63,025 nucleotides of DNA, filler included, from Octopus bimaculoides (GCF_001194135.2; 6 parts of 5 records of this genome joined end to end with filler, not necessarily neighbours in it), one strand, 5' to 3'; numbered from the whole stretch's first letter, positions 13,236-25,997 are shown. The notes: generated by a model not told the origin, from the letters alone. Made by a program: numbers and translations.

Positions 13236-13372
13236 TCGAAATATAGGAATGAGAACCCATGTTCGAAATTTCCCCAAGACACATGATGAAGGCTGGAGAG
13301 TATATCAGCCGAAACATTGTGTTAACCACAAACAAGATGAGGACAAATATCCGTCAAATGTAAATAATGTAA
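13068..13372 (+). mobile_element. Family D element: tRNA-derived head + (AAT)n + hammerhead-bearing tail
   Basis: A-box TGGCGTAGTGG (13075-13085), B-box GAGTTCGATTCC (13118-13129), AAT/ATT linker, hammerhead fold 13277-13323. Confidence 0.88.
13277..13323 (+). ncRNA. Hammerhead ribozyme motif (family D), C3 and triplet substitutions
   Basis: AGACAC AUGAUGA A GGCUG gagaguauau CAGCC GAAAC AUU GUGUU. Confidence 0.7.
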
Positions 13373-13417
13373 AGAATGGGAGAATGAAATACTAATTATC
13401 ATATGGTGTAGAGTTTT

Positions 13418-13804
13418 ATAGGAGTGGTTTGTGGCACGTAGCTTGCTTACCAACCACATGGTTGCGGGTTCAGTCCCACTGCGTGACACCTTGGCCAAGT
13501 GTCTTCTACTATAGCCTCGGGTCCACCAAAGCCTTGTGAGTGGATTTGGTAGATGAAAGCCGAAACAAGCCCGTCGTATATTTATGTATATAGGTATCTG
13601 TATGTGTGTCTGTGTTCATCCCCCCAACATCGCTTGACAACTGATCTTCGTGTGTTTACGTCCTCGTAACATAGCGGTTCGGCAAAATTGCCTGATAGAA
13701 TAAGTACTAGGCTTACAAAGAATAAGTCCTAGGGTCGATTTGTTCGACTAAAAATACGGTGCTCCGGCATGACCGCAGTCAAATGACTGAAACAAATAAA
13801 AGAA
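13418..13804 (+). mobile_element. SINE family A full-length copy
   Basis: tRNA-like head with GGGTTCAGTCCC B-box, internal TA/TG tract, tail ending TGACTGAAACAAATAAAAGAA. Confidence 0.92.
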
Positions 13805-13810
13805 TGTGTG

Positions 13811-13882
<72 letters not shown>

Positions 13883-15244
13883 CGTCATCTTATCTGCAAA
13901 AGAGATTTTTCAGGAATATACCCCATTCTTTCTCACTGCTACATATGATAGCTCTTTACACATTAATTCTTTCATTATGTTTCTGTTCTTATTTAATATA
14001 ATTCTTATATCTAGAAATTATCTGCAACTTATTTTGTTCATTCTTATATTTTATTTCAGTTTATGTACAGTTAAAAACTTATCTATTAAAATATTGTTTC
14101 AAAAATTGATTTTTGACTAAATTAGTATTAAATATGGAATCTAAAATAGAAAATAGAAATATTGACTTCAATATGTTGTATTTCTGTCTTGGATCTTATT
14201 TTATAAATTACTCCAAAACAGAAATATACTAAATATACAACTGTCAATACTTAGCTTGTTACCGCCCCTGTATGTGTCACTATTTCTGTGTAAGTATATA
14301 TATATATATATATATATATAAATATATATATNNNNNNNNNNNNNNNNNNNNNNNNNNNNNNNNNNNNNNNNNNNNNNNNNNNNNNNNNNNNNNNNNNNNN
14401 NNNNNNNNNNNNNNNNNNNNNNNNNNNNNNNNNNNNNNNNNNNNNNNNNNNNNNNNNNNNNNNNNNNNNNNNNNNNNNNNNNNNNNNNNNNNNNNNNNNN
14501 NNNNNNNNNNNNNNNNNNNNNNNNNNNNNNNNNNNNNNNNNNNNNNNNNNNNNNNNNNNNNNNNNNNNNNNNNNNNNNNNNNNNNNNNNNNNNNNNNNNN
14601 NNNNNNNNNNNNNNNNNNNNNNNNNNNNNNNNNNNNNNNNNNNNNNNNNNNNNNNNNNNNNNNNNNNNNNNNNNNNNNNNNNNNNNNNNNNNNNNNNNNN
14701 NNNNNNNNNNNNNNNNNNNNNNNNNNNNNNNNNNNNNNNNNNNNNNNNNNNNNNNNNNNNNNNNNNNNNNNNNNNNNNNNNNNNNNNNNNNNNNNNNNNN
14801 NNNNNNNNNNNNNNNNNNNNNNNNNNNNNNNNNNNNNNNNNNNNNNNNNNNNNNNNNNNNNNNNNNNNNNNNNNNNNNNNNNNNNNNNNNNNNNNNNNNN
14901 NNNNNNNNNNNNNNNNNNNNNNNNNNNNNNNNNNNNNNNNNNNNNNNNNNNNNNNNNNNNNNNNNNNNNNNNNNNNNNNNNNNNNNNNNNNNNNNNNNNN
15001 NNNNNNNNNNNNNNNNNNNNNNNNNNNNNNNNNNNNNNNNNNNNNNNNNNNNNNNNNNNNNNNNNNNNNNNNNNNNNNNNNNNNNNNNNNNNNNNNNNNN
15101 NNNNNNNNNNNNNNNNNNNNNNNNNNNNNNNNNNNNNNNNNNNNNNNNNNNNNNNNNNNNNATATATATATATATATATATATACGTATGCATGTATGTA
15201 TGCATGGTTTATGTATGCATGCGCACACGTGTATTTGTAGGTCT

Positions 15245-15416
15245 CGGCGTGGGTGAGTGGTAACAAGTTTGCACATCAACCACATAGTTCCAGGTTATGA
15301 TCCACTACATGGAACCTTACACAAGTGTCTTTTACTATAACCTCGGAGAGTCCAGAGTTTTGTCAGTATATTTGGCAGACGTTTACTAAAAGAAATTTGT
15401 CGTGTGTATATATATA

Positions 15417-15457
<41 letters not shown>

Positions 15458-15636
15458 CTGTGTGTGGTAGGGTATGCCTTTGTGTCTGTATCTGTTGCCT
15501 ACCACCCTATCACCGATTGAGAACCGGTGTTGGTATGTTTACGGCTCCGTGACATAGTGGCTCGCCCCGAAAGACCCGATAAGTAAGTACCAGGCATTTA
15601 AAAAATTAGTTCTGGAATCCATTCATCCGACTAAAA
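15245..15636 (+). mobile_element. SINE family A, older diverged copy with expanded internal (TG)n
   Basis: Colinear similarity to 13418-13804. Confidence 0.75.
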
Positions 15637-16076
15637 TGTTACGAGGTGACCCCCCCACCCCGCCGGGGGGAAACTTTGTTTAATGACTGAAGCATGTAAA
15701 AGATGAATGAAAAATATACAGCTGTTATTATGGTGTTTAAGAATGTAGTGAATCTTGTCTGGAAACCGCTGATCATTTTCTTGATTAACGTTCTTTTCCT
15801 GCCATTATTCGCATGCATAAATAATACAGGCATATAGAATACAACATCCATTCTTTGCTCTGTGACGATGATAATAATCTTGTCGCGTGTCAGAACAAAA
15901 TATAAACGTTTCATTCATCTGCTTTTGATTGAGTGATAAATAAAAGATAATTGTTTTCCCTCGGGCAGGAGAGTTACGAATGAGAACAAAACAACGGAAA
16001 TCGAATAACGATGAAAAGAGAAAGTAGAATTAAATTTTCAACGGGTTAAGTGTACGGAGTAAGCGTAATCTCCGTC

Positions 16077-16077
<1 letters not shown>

Positions 16078-16149
<72 letters not shown>

Positions 16150-16161
16150 GTTATTATTATT
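16078..16161. repeat. (ATT)n microsatellite
   Basis: Direct repeats. Confidence 0.97.
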
Positions 16162-17155
16162 TTGCAAAGATTCAAAGGATGGTTTCCCCTTTTATCTGAT
16201 TTTATACAATTACATCTTTACATATATTTCTCTTTTATCCTATTCCCAGTTCCGGGTCCTCTGATAAGACATATCTTTTCTACCAGATAAACAAACATGC
16301 GAAACTCAGCAGCTCCCTCCCCTCTTCTGCACAACCAAAATATATATTCGGTCTTCGAACATTAGCTTTGAAGGATGTCATACTTGGTGTGATTCACAAG
16401 AGCCAGTTACCGAACTAAGTCCAACCAACGTAAATCTTCTGTTGCTTTGTGTGGGAAGTAGCGCTAAGAAATCGACTGTTGTTACGATAGAAAACATTTC
16501 ACACACTGAGGATTGGAGACTTTGTAACAACATAGAATTGATCACCGTCATGAAAAACAGATACTCATGGATTCTGAGAGAAATAATGAGAGCAAGTGAG
16601 AAAGAGGGAGAGAAAAAAGGTATTGCATTTTGGATTCAAGTAATAAACCATCGCCAGGGCTCCTACTGAAGCATGAAATAGAAGTACTGTCTGAACCGGA
16701 TATCTATTTCGAGTGAAAAACTGGAAATAGATGTCATTATTGCTTAGCAAAAGAAAGACGCTTACACCTACTGGTTAAGAGGTATAGGATTACATTAAAC
16801 AACCTGTTGTTCCTTCTTGAAGTTAGTGTATTGAGATGGGAGATAGATTTCTTCTGTTTCAGTCATTGAGCATTGTATATCTTCAGTTAGAGAAGAGTGA
16901 AATAAGACTAGGAGAACGAATTATACTGATCTCAGAAATTTGATTTGGCCAAGAAGCAGAAAAGCAAAACTCTACGAAAAAGATGCAGCTAACACAATTC
17001 TTATAGGTATCTACGAACAAGGAGGCAGTTTACTAAAATTTGCAGATGCTAAAGAAATAAACTAGAAATCACATGTTCAATTAATATATGCGTATTTTAG
17101 AGTGTGATATATATATCTGTGAGAGAATGTGCGTGTCTGTTCTATATACTTCAAC

Positions 17156-17348
17156 ATTTGGCACAAGGCTATCAAGTTCTGGAAAGACGTTAAGTCGAAT
17201 TCATCGACCCCAAGACTGAGCTGGTACTTATATTATCGACCATGAAAGGATAAAACGCAAAGTCTACCTCGACAGTATTTGAACTAGGAGCGTAAAGACT
17301 TGCGAAAAGTCGCTAAATATTTTGCTCGGAGTGCTAACGATTCTGTCA
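17156..17348 (-). mobile_element. SINE family B, diverged
   Basis: GGCACAAGGC..ATCGACC..GAAAGGAT..GTGCTAACGATTCTG. Confidence 0.8.
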
Positions 17349-17709
17349 TTTATGTATGTGTATAAATGAGTTTATATTTAGGTAATACATGTTTAATGTT
17401 GCAAATGAAAATGGGTTGCCTGGTTTCGTATTTAAGGAGAGACATCTCAATTACTAGAATCACTAGGTTGTTTCAGTGCATATAACAAAATGTTATGTGA
17501 TAATATATGAAGGAAAACAAAAGAAAGTAGTGGGCAGACCTAATATGTTCGTCACCTGTTGTTTAAAGTATAAAGGTGATGAATATAAAAATCACTGACG
17601 CATTCAGTATAGTGACTGCTTTTAATTGCTGAAGTAACAACATACACTGAGATATAAACGTGCTCATGTTATAGATCCTACCATGTCTAATATTCACATG
17701 GCTCTTTTG

Positions 17710-17908
17710 ATAGAATCGTTAGCACGCCAGGCAAAATGTTTAGCGGCATCTCGTCCGTCTTCATGTTCTGAATTCAAATTCATTCTAGGATCATTTTGAC
17801 ATTGATTCTTTCGAACCGATAAAATAAGTTTCCGTTGAACACTGTGAACGATTTAAACAGCTTAGCACGTCCCACAAATCTGGTGGCCATGTGCAAAAAT
17901 TTGAAACC
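17710..17908 (+). mobile_element. SINE family B, diverged, plus strand
   Basis: AGAATCGTTAGCACGCCAGGCAAAATGTTTAGCGG..TTCTGAATTCAAATT. Confidence 0.75.
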
Positions 17909-19255
17909 AATATTCACTTGACCCTGGAATATAATGCAGATAAATCTTGAATATCGTAGTTTGTAGATATTTACACCTTAAGATGTACAGCTTCTAGCTA
18001 TTTGTTTCATGAATATATTTTATGTATTGGTCTAAACATTCTATTTCAATTCTTCTATGTATCACAGTCATGATTTTCTGTTTACATAAGAATCTTAACT
18101 TGTACGTGTTTATTAAATCTGATACGTCTCAGATAACAACATTAATCTAGAATATATACTCGTGGTATCGTTAATGAAGAAGATATTATCTTAAAGAACC
18201 AAATACAAATCTGGTTTAATTTATAAAAAAAAATATATCCGTTTATCTTCATTAGCGTTGGAAAAGGTTATCATAATATTTATAAAACACTGAAATCAAC
18301 ATTGTACGTCTTCCTGTAACCACTCCTTTAGCGAATCTATAGACTGAATGGTGTAGATAGATTTATGAATGGATATTTGTATATATGAGCAAGTAATAAC
18401 ATTAATACATATGTACATCTGTGTACGCCTGTGAGTGTGCAACTACGGAGAGATAAACATACCAGCTACTTGCAGTATGTATGTGCGTGTATGTACGTGT
18501 ATTAAGTTTTATACGGTACACGTCTTCAGTGACATTGAAATTTTGTCTTGCTCGCCTTCATTAAGCTCTGCCAAACTTTGGTTGTTTTGATTTCATAAAA
18601 TCGTTACGAGATTTGCTTTTTGCAGTGTAGGTGTGCCTATATGAATGGCAATTATGGAAAGAGGGGAGGCAGTAATATACGTTTCTCTCTATACGTAAAA
18701 TGTTTTGACTTATTTCATAAAAATGTACGTTATCTTAGTTCATAATTTTACAATCTATCTTGCAATATGATTAGTTTTCGATATGAGCTCTCTCATAATT
18801 AAAAAAAAACCTCTTTAAATGGAAGAATCACAGACATTCGAACAGCTAGTATCAGAAAGCGAAATCAACGGCTAAATACATGCATACATAGATATACACA
18901 TACATATATACACATACATTTACATACACCCGGAACAGAGACAACTCATGAAGGGAAACATTCTTTATGTTGCATGTCTCGTTTCTCTGTTTGCTTTTTT
19001 CGTTGTTCGAAAAAGAGTTTGTTTTCTGTTTTCGTATTTATGTTTTCATTTCTCATTGTGTTTAGCGTTATTTTATTTATTTATTTATTATTATTTTTTT
19101 TTGTGATGTCCTGTACCTTTATGTGCATGTATGTATATATATATATATGTATATATATATATCTGAAGGTATATACATATATGTATAGATACATGCATAT
19201 ATTATTTATATTATTGTATATATATATATATATATATATAAGTATACATATATGT

Positions 19256-20017
19256 ATGGGGACGAGGTTTGCTCCCGTTTATGCGAATTCGGTGATGGGT
19301 TACTTGGAACAAAAACTCTACCAGGAAATAGAGGAGATATATAACACCGAATTTAGGAACTTTATAGAAAAAGCATGGAAGAGATACCTGAACGATTGCT
19401 TCATAATATGGACCAAACCTCAAAGCATTGTGGAAGAATTTAACACCCTACTGAACAACCTACACCCATCCATCCAATTTACAAAGGAGATGAACATTAG
19501 CAAATTACCATTTCTAGGTATAATGGTAATTAAAAAGAACACCGCCATTACCACATATATATATTACAAACACACAGACACACACCAATACTTGAACTTT
19601 AAATCGTGCCATCCACCCCATACAAAACGCAACATACCATACTGCCTAGCCAGGAAAATATGTACTATTGTAGAGGATATAGAGACCAGAAATCAGCGTT
19701 TGATGGAACTGAAAGAATTTCTGCTGAAGCAAAAGTACCCATCACGACTCATAGAAAATGGTATTCAGCGGGCTCCGAATATACCCATACAACAACTGAG
19801 GACACCGCAAAGAAAAGACAAACAGGAAAAGATCATTCCATTTATAGTGACACAAAATCCATGCCACCAGAACATCTTTAATATCGCCAACGCGAATTTA
19901 CCGATCCTTGCACAAAGTAAGGAATTGAGAAATATCATTACAGATCAAAATATAACTCTCAGTAAGAGACAACCTAAAAACTTGAAAAAGCTATTAACAA
20001 AGGCAAGGTTTGACCTC
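19256..20017 (+). pseudogene. Penelope-like element reverse transcriptase C-terminal half and thumb; stop-free frame but catalytic motif YLND
   Basis: MGTRFAPVYANSVMGYLE..WKRYLNDCFIIW..LNNLHPSIQFT..LPFLG..YYKHTDTHQYLNFKSCHPPHTKRNIPYCLARKICTIV..QKYP: hallmark PLE RT motifs; bounded by a TA microsatellite and a gap. Confidence 0.93.
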
Positions 20018-20127
20018 NNNNNNNNNNNNNNNNNNNNNNNNNNNNNNNNNNNNNNNNNNNNTTAATTAATTAANNNNNNNNNNNNNNNNNNNNNNNNNNN
20101 NNNNNNNNNNNNNNNNNATATATATAC

Positions 20128-20159
<32 letters not shown>

Positions 20160-20172
20160 TACACATATACAC

Positions 20173-20204
<32 letters not shown>

Positions 20205-20391
20205 TACACATATACACATATACACAAATATACATATATACATATACACATATATACATATACACATATATACATATACACTCGCGTATAGATAGATAGA
20301 TAGATACCAATTTCACTGATTTTAATTTTATTGTTCTCTCTCTCTTTCTCTCTCTCTCTCCTTCATTCTTTTCTTATTGTATCTACCTCCA

Positions 20392-20448
<57 letters not shown>

Positions 20449-20505
20449 TTTTCATTTGATATAGTCCTCTCGTGAAAGACAAACAGGGTTCTCTGAATGT
20501 TGGTA

Positions 20506-20590
20506 TTGTTTAGCCCCCAGATCAACTCTGATCCAGCAAGCCAGAGTTATCATCAAAGACATTCAAATCGTGGCCATCCCACCTTCTTTT
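20506..20590. repeat. Short interspersed repeat fragment (family G)
   Basis: TTGTTTAGCCCC(C)AG.TCA..C.TG.ATCCAGCA..ATCAAAG..CCATCCCA shared with 50455-50531. Confidence 0.65.
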
Positions 20591-21000
20591 GTCATACAAA
20601 ACTCAGACTATACAATGCCATATGTTTCGTTTCTTTATTAATTTAAATCTATTTCACTGTATAGTCGGTAAAATGTGATTTGAGCTTTTCACCTGCTGTT
20701 TATATTAGGCAGCACTCCCTTGTTACTCTTTGTTTTGTATGTAAAATAGTCAATGTAGTACTCAGGATAATGTATGTACGATAGGTAAAAATTGATTGGA
20801 TGTTCATATATTTACATAAATAATTAACTATACGTTAAGCATTTTGAAAGTGCATGAGCGTATGTTTATGAGCAGGTGTGTTGTTTAAACTGTGTGGGTG
20901 TTGCTTTTTATCCCCAGCTCAGTACTATATATATACAGAAATATACAAAAATACACACACACACATACATACATATATACATACATACATACTTACTTAC

Positions 21001-21061
<61 letters not shown>

Positions 21062-21470
21062 ACGCACATATATTGTGAAGGAAAATCAGGAATGAAGACA
21101 TCCAGGCCAATACCTCGGGTATCATTCTATGCCCTCTGTCATTCTTTGATTGATATCTTCTTCGTCCAATCAATGATGACCAATGCCAGGACAACTTTGT
21201 GGTCATTAGAGAGTCATTAGGACACTGATATCCATACAAACTCTATGTGATGCAATTGCGTTTCACCTCCGAGCGCATCACATGTCCGTATTGTTACGCA
21301 AAGTTTACAACACTCCAAAGGTTAACGCCCGAACCTGTGTCTTTGCCTGTGATCCTTATATTTATTTTCCCCCCCATGCTCTGAAGCACTCGTCTGAGAT
21401 AACCCTGTATGTCTGCTCAACCGATGCTGACTGGGGGCGACACAATAATAACAATTACAAATGTCGATAT

Positions 21471-21666
21471 ACTCTTTACTCTTTTACTTGTTTCAGTCCA
21501 TGCTGGAGCACCGCCTTCAGTGGAGCAAATCGACCCCAGGACTTATTCTTTAGAAGCCTAGTGCTTAGTATATCGGTCTCTTTGGCCGAACCGCTAAGTT
21601 ACGCGGACGTAAACACACCACCATCGGTTGTCAAGCGATGTTGGGGGGACAAACACAGACACACAA

Positions 21667-21697
<31 letters not shown>
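21471..21697 (-). mobile_element. SINE family A 3' half (runs into (CA)n and gap)
   Basis: CATGCTGGAGCACCGCC..GCCGAACCGCTAAGTTACG. Confidence 0.9.
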
Positions 21698-22434
21698 NNN
21701 NNNNNNNNNNNNNNNNNNNNNNNNNNNNNNNNNNNNNNNNNNNNNNNNNNNNNNNNNNNNNNNNNNNNNNNNNNNNNNNNNNNNNNNNNNNNNNNNNNNN
21801 NNNNNNNNNNNNNNNNNNNNNNNNNNNNNNNNNNNNNNNNNNNNNNNNNNNNNNNNNNNNNNNNNNNNNNNNNNNNNNNNNNNNNNNNNNNNNNNNNNNN
21901 NNNNNNNNNNNNNNNNNNNNNNNNNNNNNNNNNNNNNNNNNNNNNNNNNNNNNNNNNNNNNNNNNNNNNNNNNNNNNNNNNNNNNNNNNNNNNNNNNNNN
22001 NNNNNNNNNNNNNNNNNNNNNNNNNNNNNNNNNNNNNNNNNNNNNNNNNNNNNNNNNNNNNNNNNNNNNNNNNNNNNNNNNNNNNNNNNNNNNNNNNNNN
22101 NNNNNNNNNNNNNNNNNNNNNNNNNNNNNNNNNNNNNNNNNNNNNNNNNNNNNNNNNNNNNNNNNNAAATATATTCTTACATAAAACAATATAAAAACGA
22201 AGTCTTTAACTGTACTCGAACGGCCAGACGTGGCTTTTGAGACATTAATAGTTAATCTATTTGATATCTTTGAACTGTTTGTAACATTTGGAAGACATTA
22301 ACTTAAATTTAAACTGAAGTATTTTTCTTGGCTTACTTTTTGGAGAGGAGAATATGGTGGTCATATATTTTTTTTAATAAAAGGAGCGCAGTCGGTCACG
22401 GATACACACGTGATCATACATATATACACACGTA

Positions 22435-22484
<50 letters not shown>

Positions 22485-22623
22485 TTCTCTCTTTCTCTCT
22501 CTCTGTTAGTCTCCTCTCTCATATATATATATATAGATAGATAGATATCTTTTTCTCTCTTTCTTTCTGTCACATATTCAATTTGTCTTCCTCTTCTCTC
22601 TATCTCTAGTAAACTATTTCCAT

Positions 22624-22662
<39 letters not shown>

Positions 22663-23647
22663 TTCTTTCTCTCTCTCCTGCTGTTATTTCCCTTTCCCTC
22701 GTTCCATTATCATTTGTTTTGCATTATTGCTAAATACCATTTGGTACAGATTTTACCAATTTCAACCATACCCTAGCTTAAAGCTTCACCAATACTCTAT
22801 TCCAAATAAATAAACAGACTGCAGAAGAAACAGGTGTTCTGTGGATGCCATTTAGTAGCATCCCAAGAACCAATTCTTCACCATCTGGGTCCTTTTTCCG
22901 TCTGTGGCTCTAACAATTCACATGTGGATCGTATGCACAGAAAAATTCAATGGCGGCGGAGAATGTAAAATACATGAAAACAGTAGAAAAATGTCATTTG
23001 CAGCAGCTTGAACATTATTTTATTTATTAATTAATTTATATATTTATTTATTTGGGAGCTTTTTTTCCTTTCACACTTCTTATGAATGTTCCCTGAAATA
23101 TTTGGGGATACATTTGTGTATTTATTTATTAAAGCTGAGTAAAAAACGGAAGCTGTCAGATTGGAGAAAGCAATACGGAGTAAAATAAAGGTTTATAACC
23201 AACGTGCGTTCTTCTGGCTGTTTCTGCTTACAATCTCTAAGACATATATACACTGAAATTGCTGGAGTGTGTTTAATTTCTTTCATCTAGGGAACATCTG
23301 GCAGTAAGCAAAAATATCATCGACAGCAAAAGAAGAATTATTCGAAATTTCGAAAATAGTTTGGACCATGGTTTCTTTCTGTTATGTAGATGCTCCATGT
23401 CACACACACACACACACACATACACACACACACACACGAACGCACGCTCGCGCGCATATATGCAAGTGTGTGATGCAAGTTTAAAGAAAGAGCATTATAC
23501 ATATANNNNNNNNNNNNNNNNNNNNNNNNNNNNNNNNNNNNNNNNNNNNNNNNNNNNNNNNNNNNNNNNNNNNNNNNNNNNNNNNNNNNNNNNNNNNNNN
23601 NNNNNNNNNNNNNNNNNNNNNNNNNNNNNNNNNNNNNNNNNNNNNNN

Positions 23648-23964
23648 CCGGGCGTTGTGAGTGTTTATTGAGCGAAAACACCTAAAAGCTCCACGAGGCT
23701 CCGGCAGGGGATGGTGGCGAACCCTGCTGTACTCTTTCACCACAACTTTCTCTCATTCTTACTTCCTGTTTCTGTTGTGCCTGTAATTCAAAGGGTCAGC
23801 CTTGTCACACTGTGTCACGCTGAATATCCCCGAGAACTACGTTAAGGGTACACGTGTCTGTGGAGTGCTCAGTCACTTGCACGTTAATTTCACGAGCAGG
23901 CTGTTCCGTTGATCGGTTCAACTGGAACCCCCGACGTCGGAAGCGACGGAGTGCCAACAACAAC
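23648..23964 (+). mobile_element. SINE family C (head lost in gap), (CAA)n tail
   Basis: Near-identical to 27483-27828 and reverse complement of 41221-41568. Confidence 0.9.
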
Positions 23965-24339
23965 ATGTATGTATGTATGTTATCAATCAGTTTCATTTCT
24001 GTATTTCTTGTCCATAGAGAAAGAGCCGGACTCTTACATAGATTCAAGGCTCCTTCATTGGAACTTTTATCAACATCATCTAGGTATTTGTGCATATGTG
24101 TGTGTGCGCAGTATTTGGTGTTAGTGTATGCGCAGATTTGTATGTTTGTTTTATGTATGTATGTATGTATTTAGAATTTAGGGAGATTTGGCTTCTATTT
24201 CTTAGAGGTGAGAGATCACTCGAGGCATTCCCATCGTTTCCTGCTGTTATTAGGGTTTGCGCTGATGTCCCCTATTATCGTTGTAGTTGCCATAGATGAC
24301 AGTTGCTATATCCTTAAACACATACTCCCATTAACACAT

Positions 24340-24396
<57 letters not shown>

Positions 24397-25372
24397 NNNN
24401 NNNNNNNNNNNNNNNNNNNNNNNNNNNNNNNNNNNNNNNNNNNNNNNNNNNNNNNNNNNNNNNNNNNNNNNNNNNNNNNNNNNNNNNNNNNNNNNNNNNN
24501 NNNNNNNNNNNNNNNNNNNNNNNNNNNNNNNNNNNNNNNNNNNNNNNNNNNNNNNNNNNNNNNNNNNNNNNNNNNNNNNNNNNNNNNNNNNNNNNNNNNN
24601 NNNNNNNNNNNNNNNNNNNNNNNNNNNNNNNNNNNNNNNNNNNNNNNNNNNNNNNNNNNNNNNNNNNNNNNNNNNNNNNNNNNNNNNNNNNNNNNNNNNN
24701 NNNNNNNNNNNNNNNNNNNNNNNNNNNNNNNNNNNNNNNNNNNNNNNNNNNNNNNNNNNNNNNNNNNNNNNNNNNNNNNNNNNNNNNNNNNNNNNNNNNN
24801 NNNNNNNNNNNNNNNNNNNNNNNNNNNNNNNNNNNNNNNNNNNNNNNNNNNNNNNNNNNNNNNNNNNNNNNNNNNNNNNNNNNNNNNNNNNNNNNNNNNN
24901 NNNNNNNNNNNNNNNNNNNNNNNNNNNNNNNNNNNNNNNNNNNNNNNNNNNNNNNNNNNNNNNNNNNNNNNNNNNNNNNNNNNNNNNNNNNNNNNNNNNN
25001 NNNNNNNNNNNNNNNNNNNNNNNNNNNNNNNNNNNNNNNNNNNNNNNNNNNNNNNNNNNNNNNNNNNNNNNNNNNNNNNNNNNNNNNNNNNNNNNNNNNN
25101 NNNNNNNNNNNNNNNNNNNNNNNNNNNNNNNNNNNNNNNNNNNNNNNNNNNNNNNNNNNNNNNNNNNNNNNNNNNNNNNNNNNNNNNNNNNNNNNNNNNN
25201 NNNNNNNNNNNNNNNNNNNNNNNNNNNNNNNNNNNNNNNNNNNNNNNNNNNNNNNNNNNNNNNNNNNNNNNNNNNNNNNNNNNNNNNNNNNNNNNNNNNN
25301 NNNNNNNNNNNNNNNNNNNNNNNNNNNNNNNNNNNNNNNNNNNNNNNNNNNNNNNNNNNNNNNNNNNNNNNN

Positions 25373-25427
25373 AACCCTAACCCTAGGGTTAGGGTTAGGG
25401 TTAGGGTTAGGGTTAGGGTTAGGGTTA
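25373..25427. repeat. Interstitial telomere-like repeat, (CCCTAA)n joined to (TTAGGG)n at CCTAGG
   Basis: AACCCTAACCCT-AGGGTT x7. Confidence 0.9.
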
Positions 25428-25959
25428 AAGCAAATTTAAAATGAAAAAAGCAAATAAAACGAAGAATCGTTTGTTTATGTAGTCGGCACTTAATGTATAT
25501 CGACTGAATGGACGTCAGTGATTGGTTGAAATTATCGAAATAAGACAATTTTTTACATGAAATAAATTCGAATACAAAAATATTTTTCTGTTCTATAACA
25601 CAAAATAGATAAGTATACGAAGTTTGAAAGTCTTTCGGTACCAAAAACACTACGTAAAACATTAATGAAAAATGTGGCCCCCGTTTTAAAAAAGATCCCA
25701 GAAAACTTATTGAACACACATACAGGCACAGGCACACACACACATACACACACACACCACAAACTCTCAAACATATGCACTACAACAAACACACTACGCA
25801 CACAGAAATACACACACACGCACACAACGCCCTCTCTAACACGCATACACGCAACAGAGAACAAATACACAAACACACAGAATGCACAGGAAAGAGCGAA
25901 AGAGACAGAAGAGTACAGGGAGAGGGGCAGGAGAATGGAGAGAGAGAGAGTGTGTGAGT

Positions 25960-25997
<38 letters not shown>

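Noticed and set aside
14201-15285. Long ORFs containing X runs (here and at all other gaps)
   Set aside because: Open only because N codons have no stops
18938-18980. Hammerhead-like GAGACAA CUCAUGA AGG GAAAC AU ucuuu AU GUU GCA UGUCUC upstream of the PLE RT
   Set aside because: No stem II and a G5C change; suggestive position but unsupported from one copy
20062-20073. TTAATTAATTAA islands inside gaps (also 30848-30859, 45417-45428, 55316-55327, 57436-57447)
   Set aside because: An identical 12-mer centred in N runs (44 N each side where counted), with stops in all six frames: a scaffolding spacer, not biology
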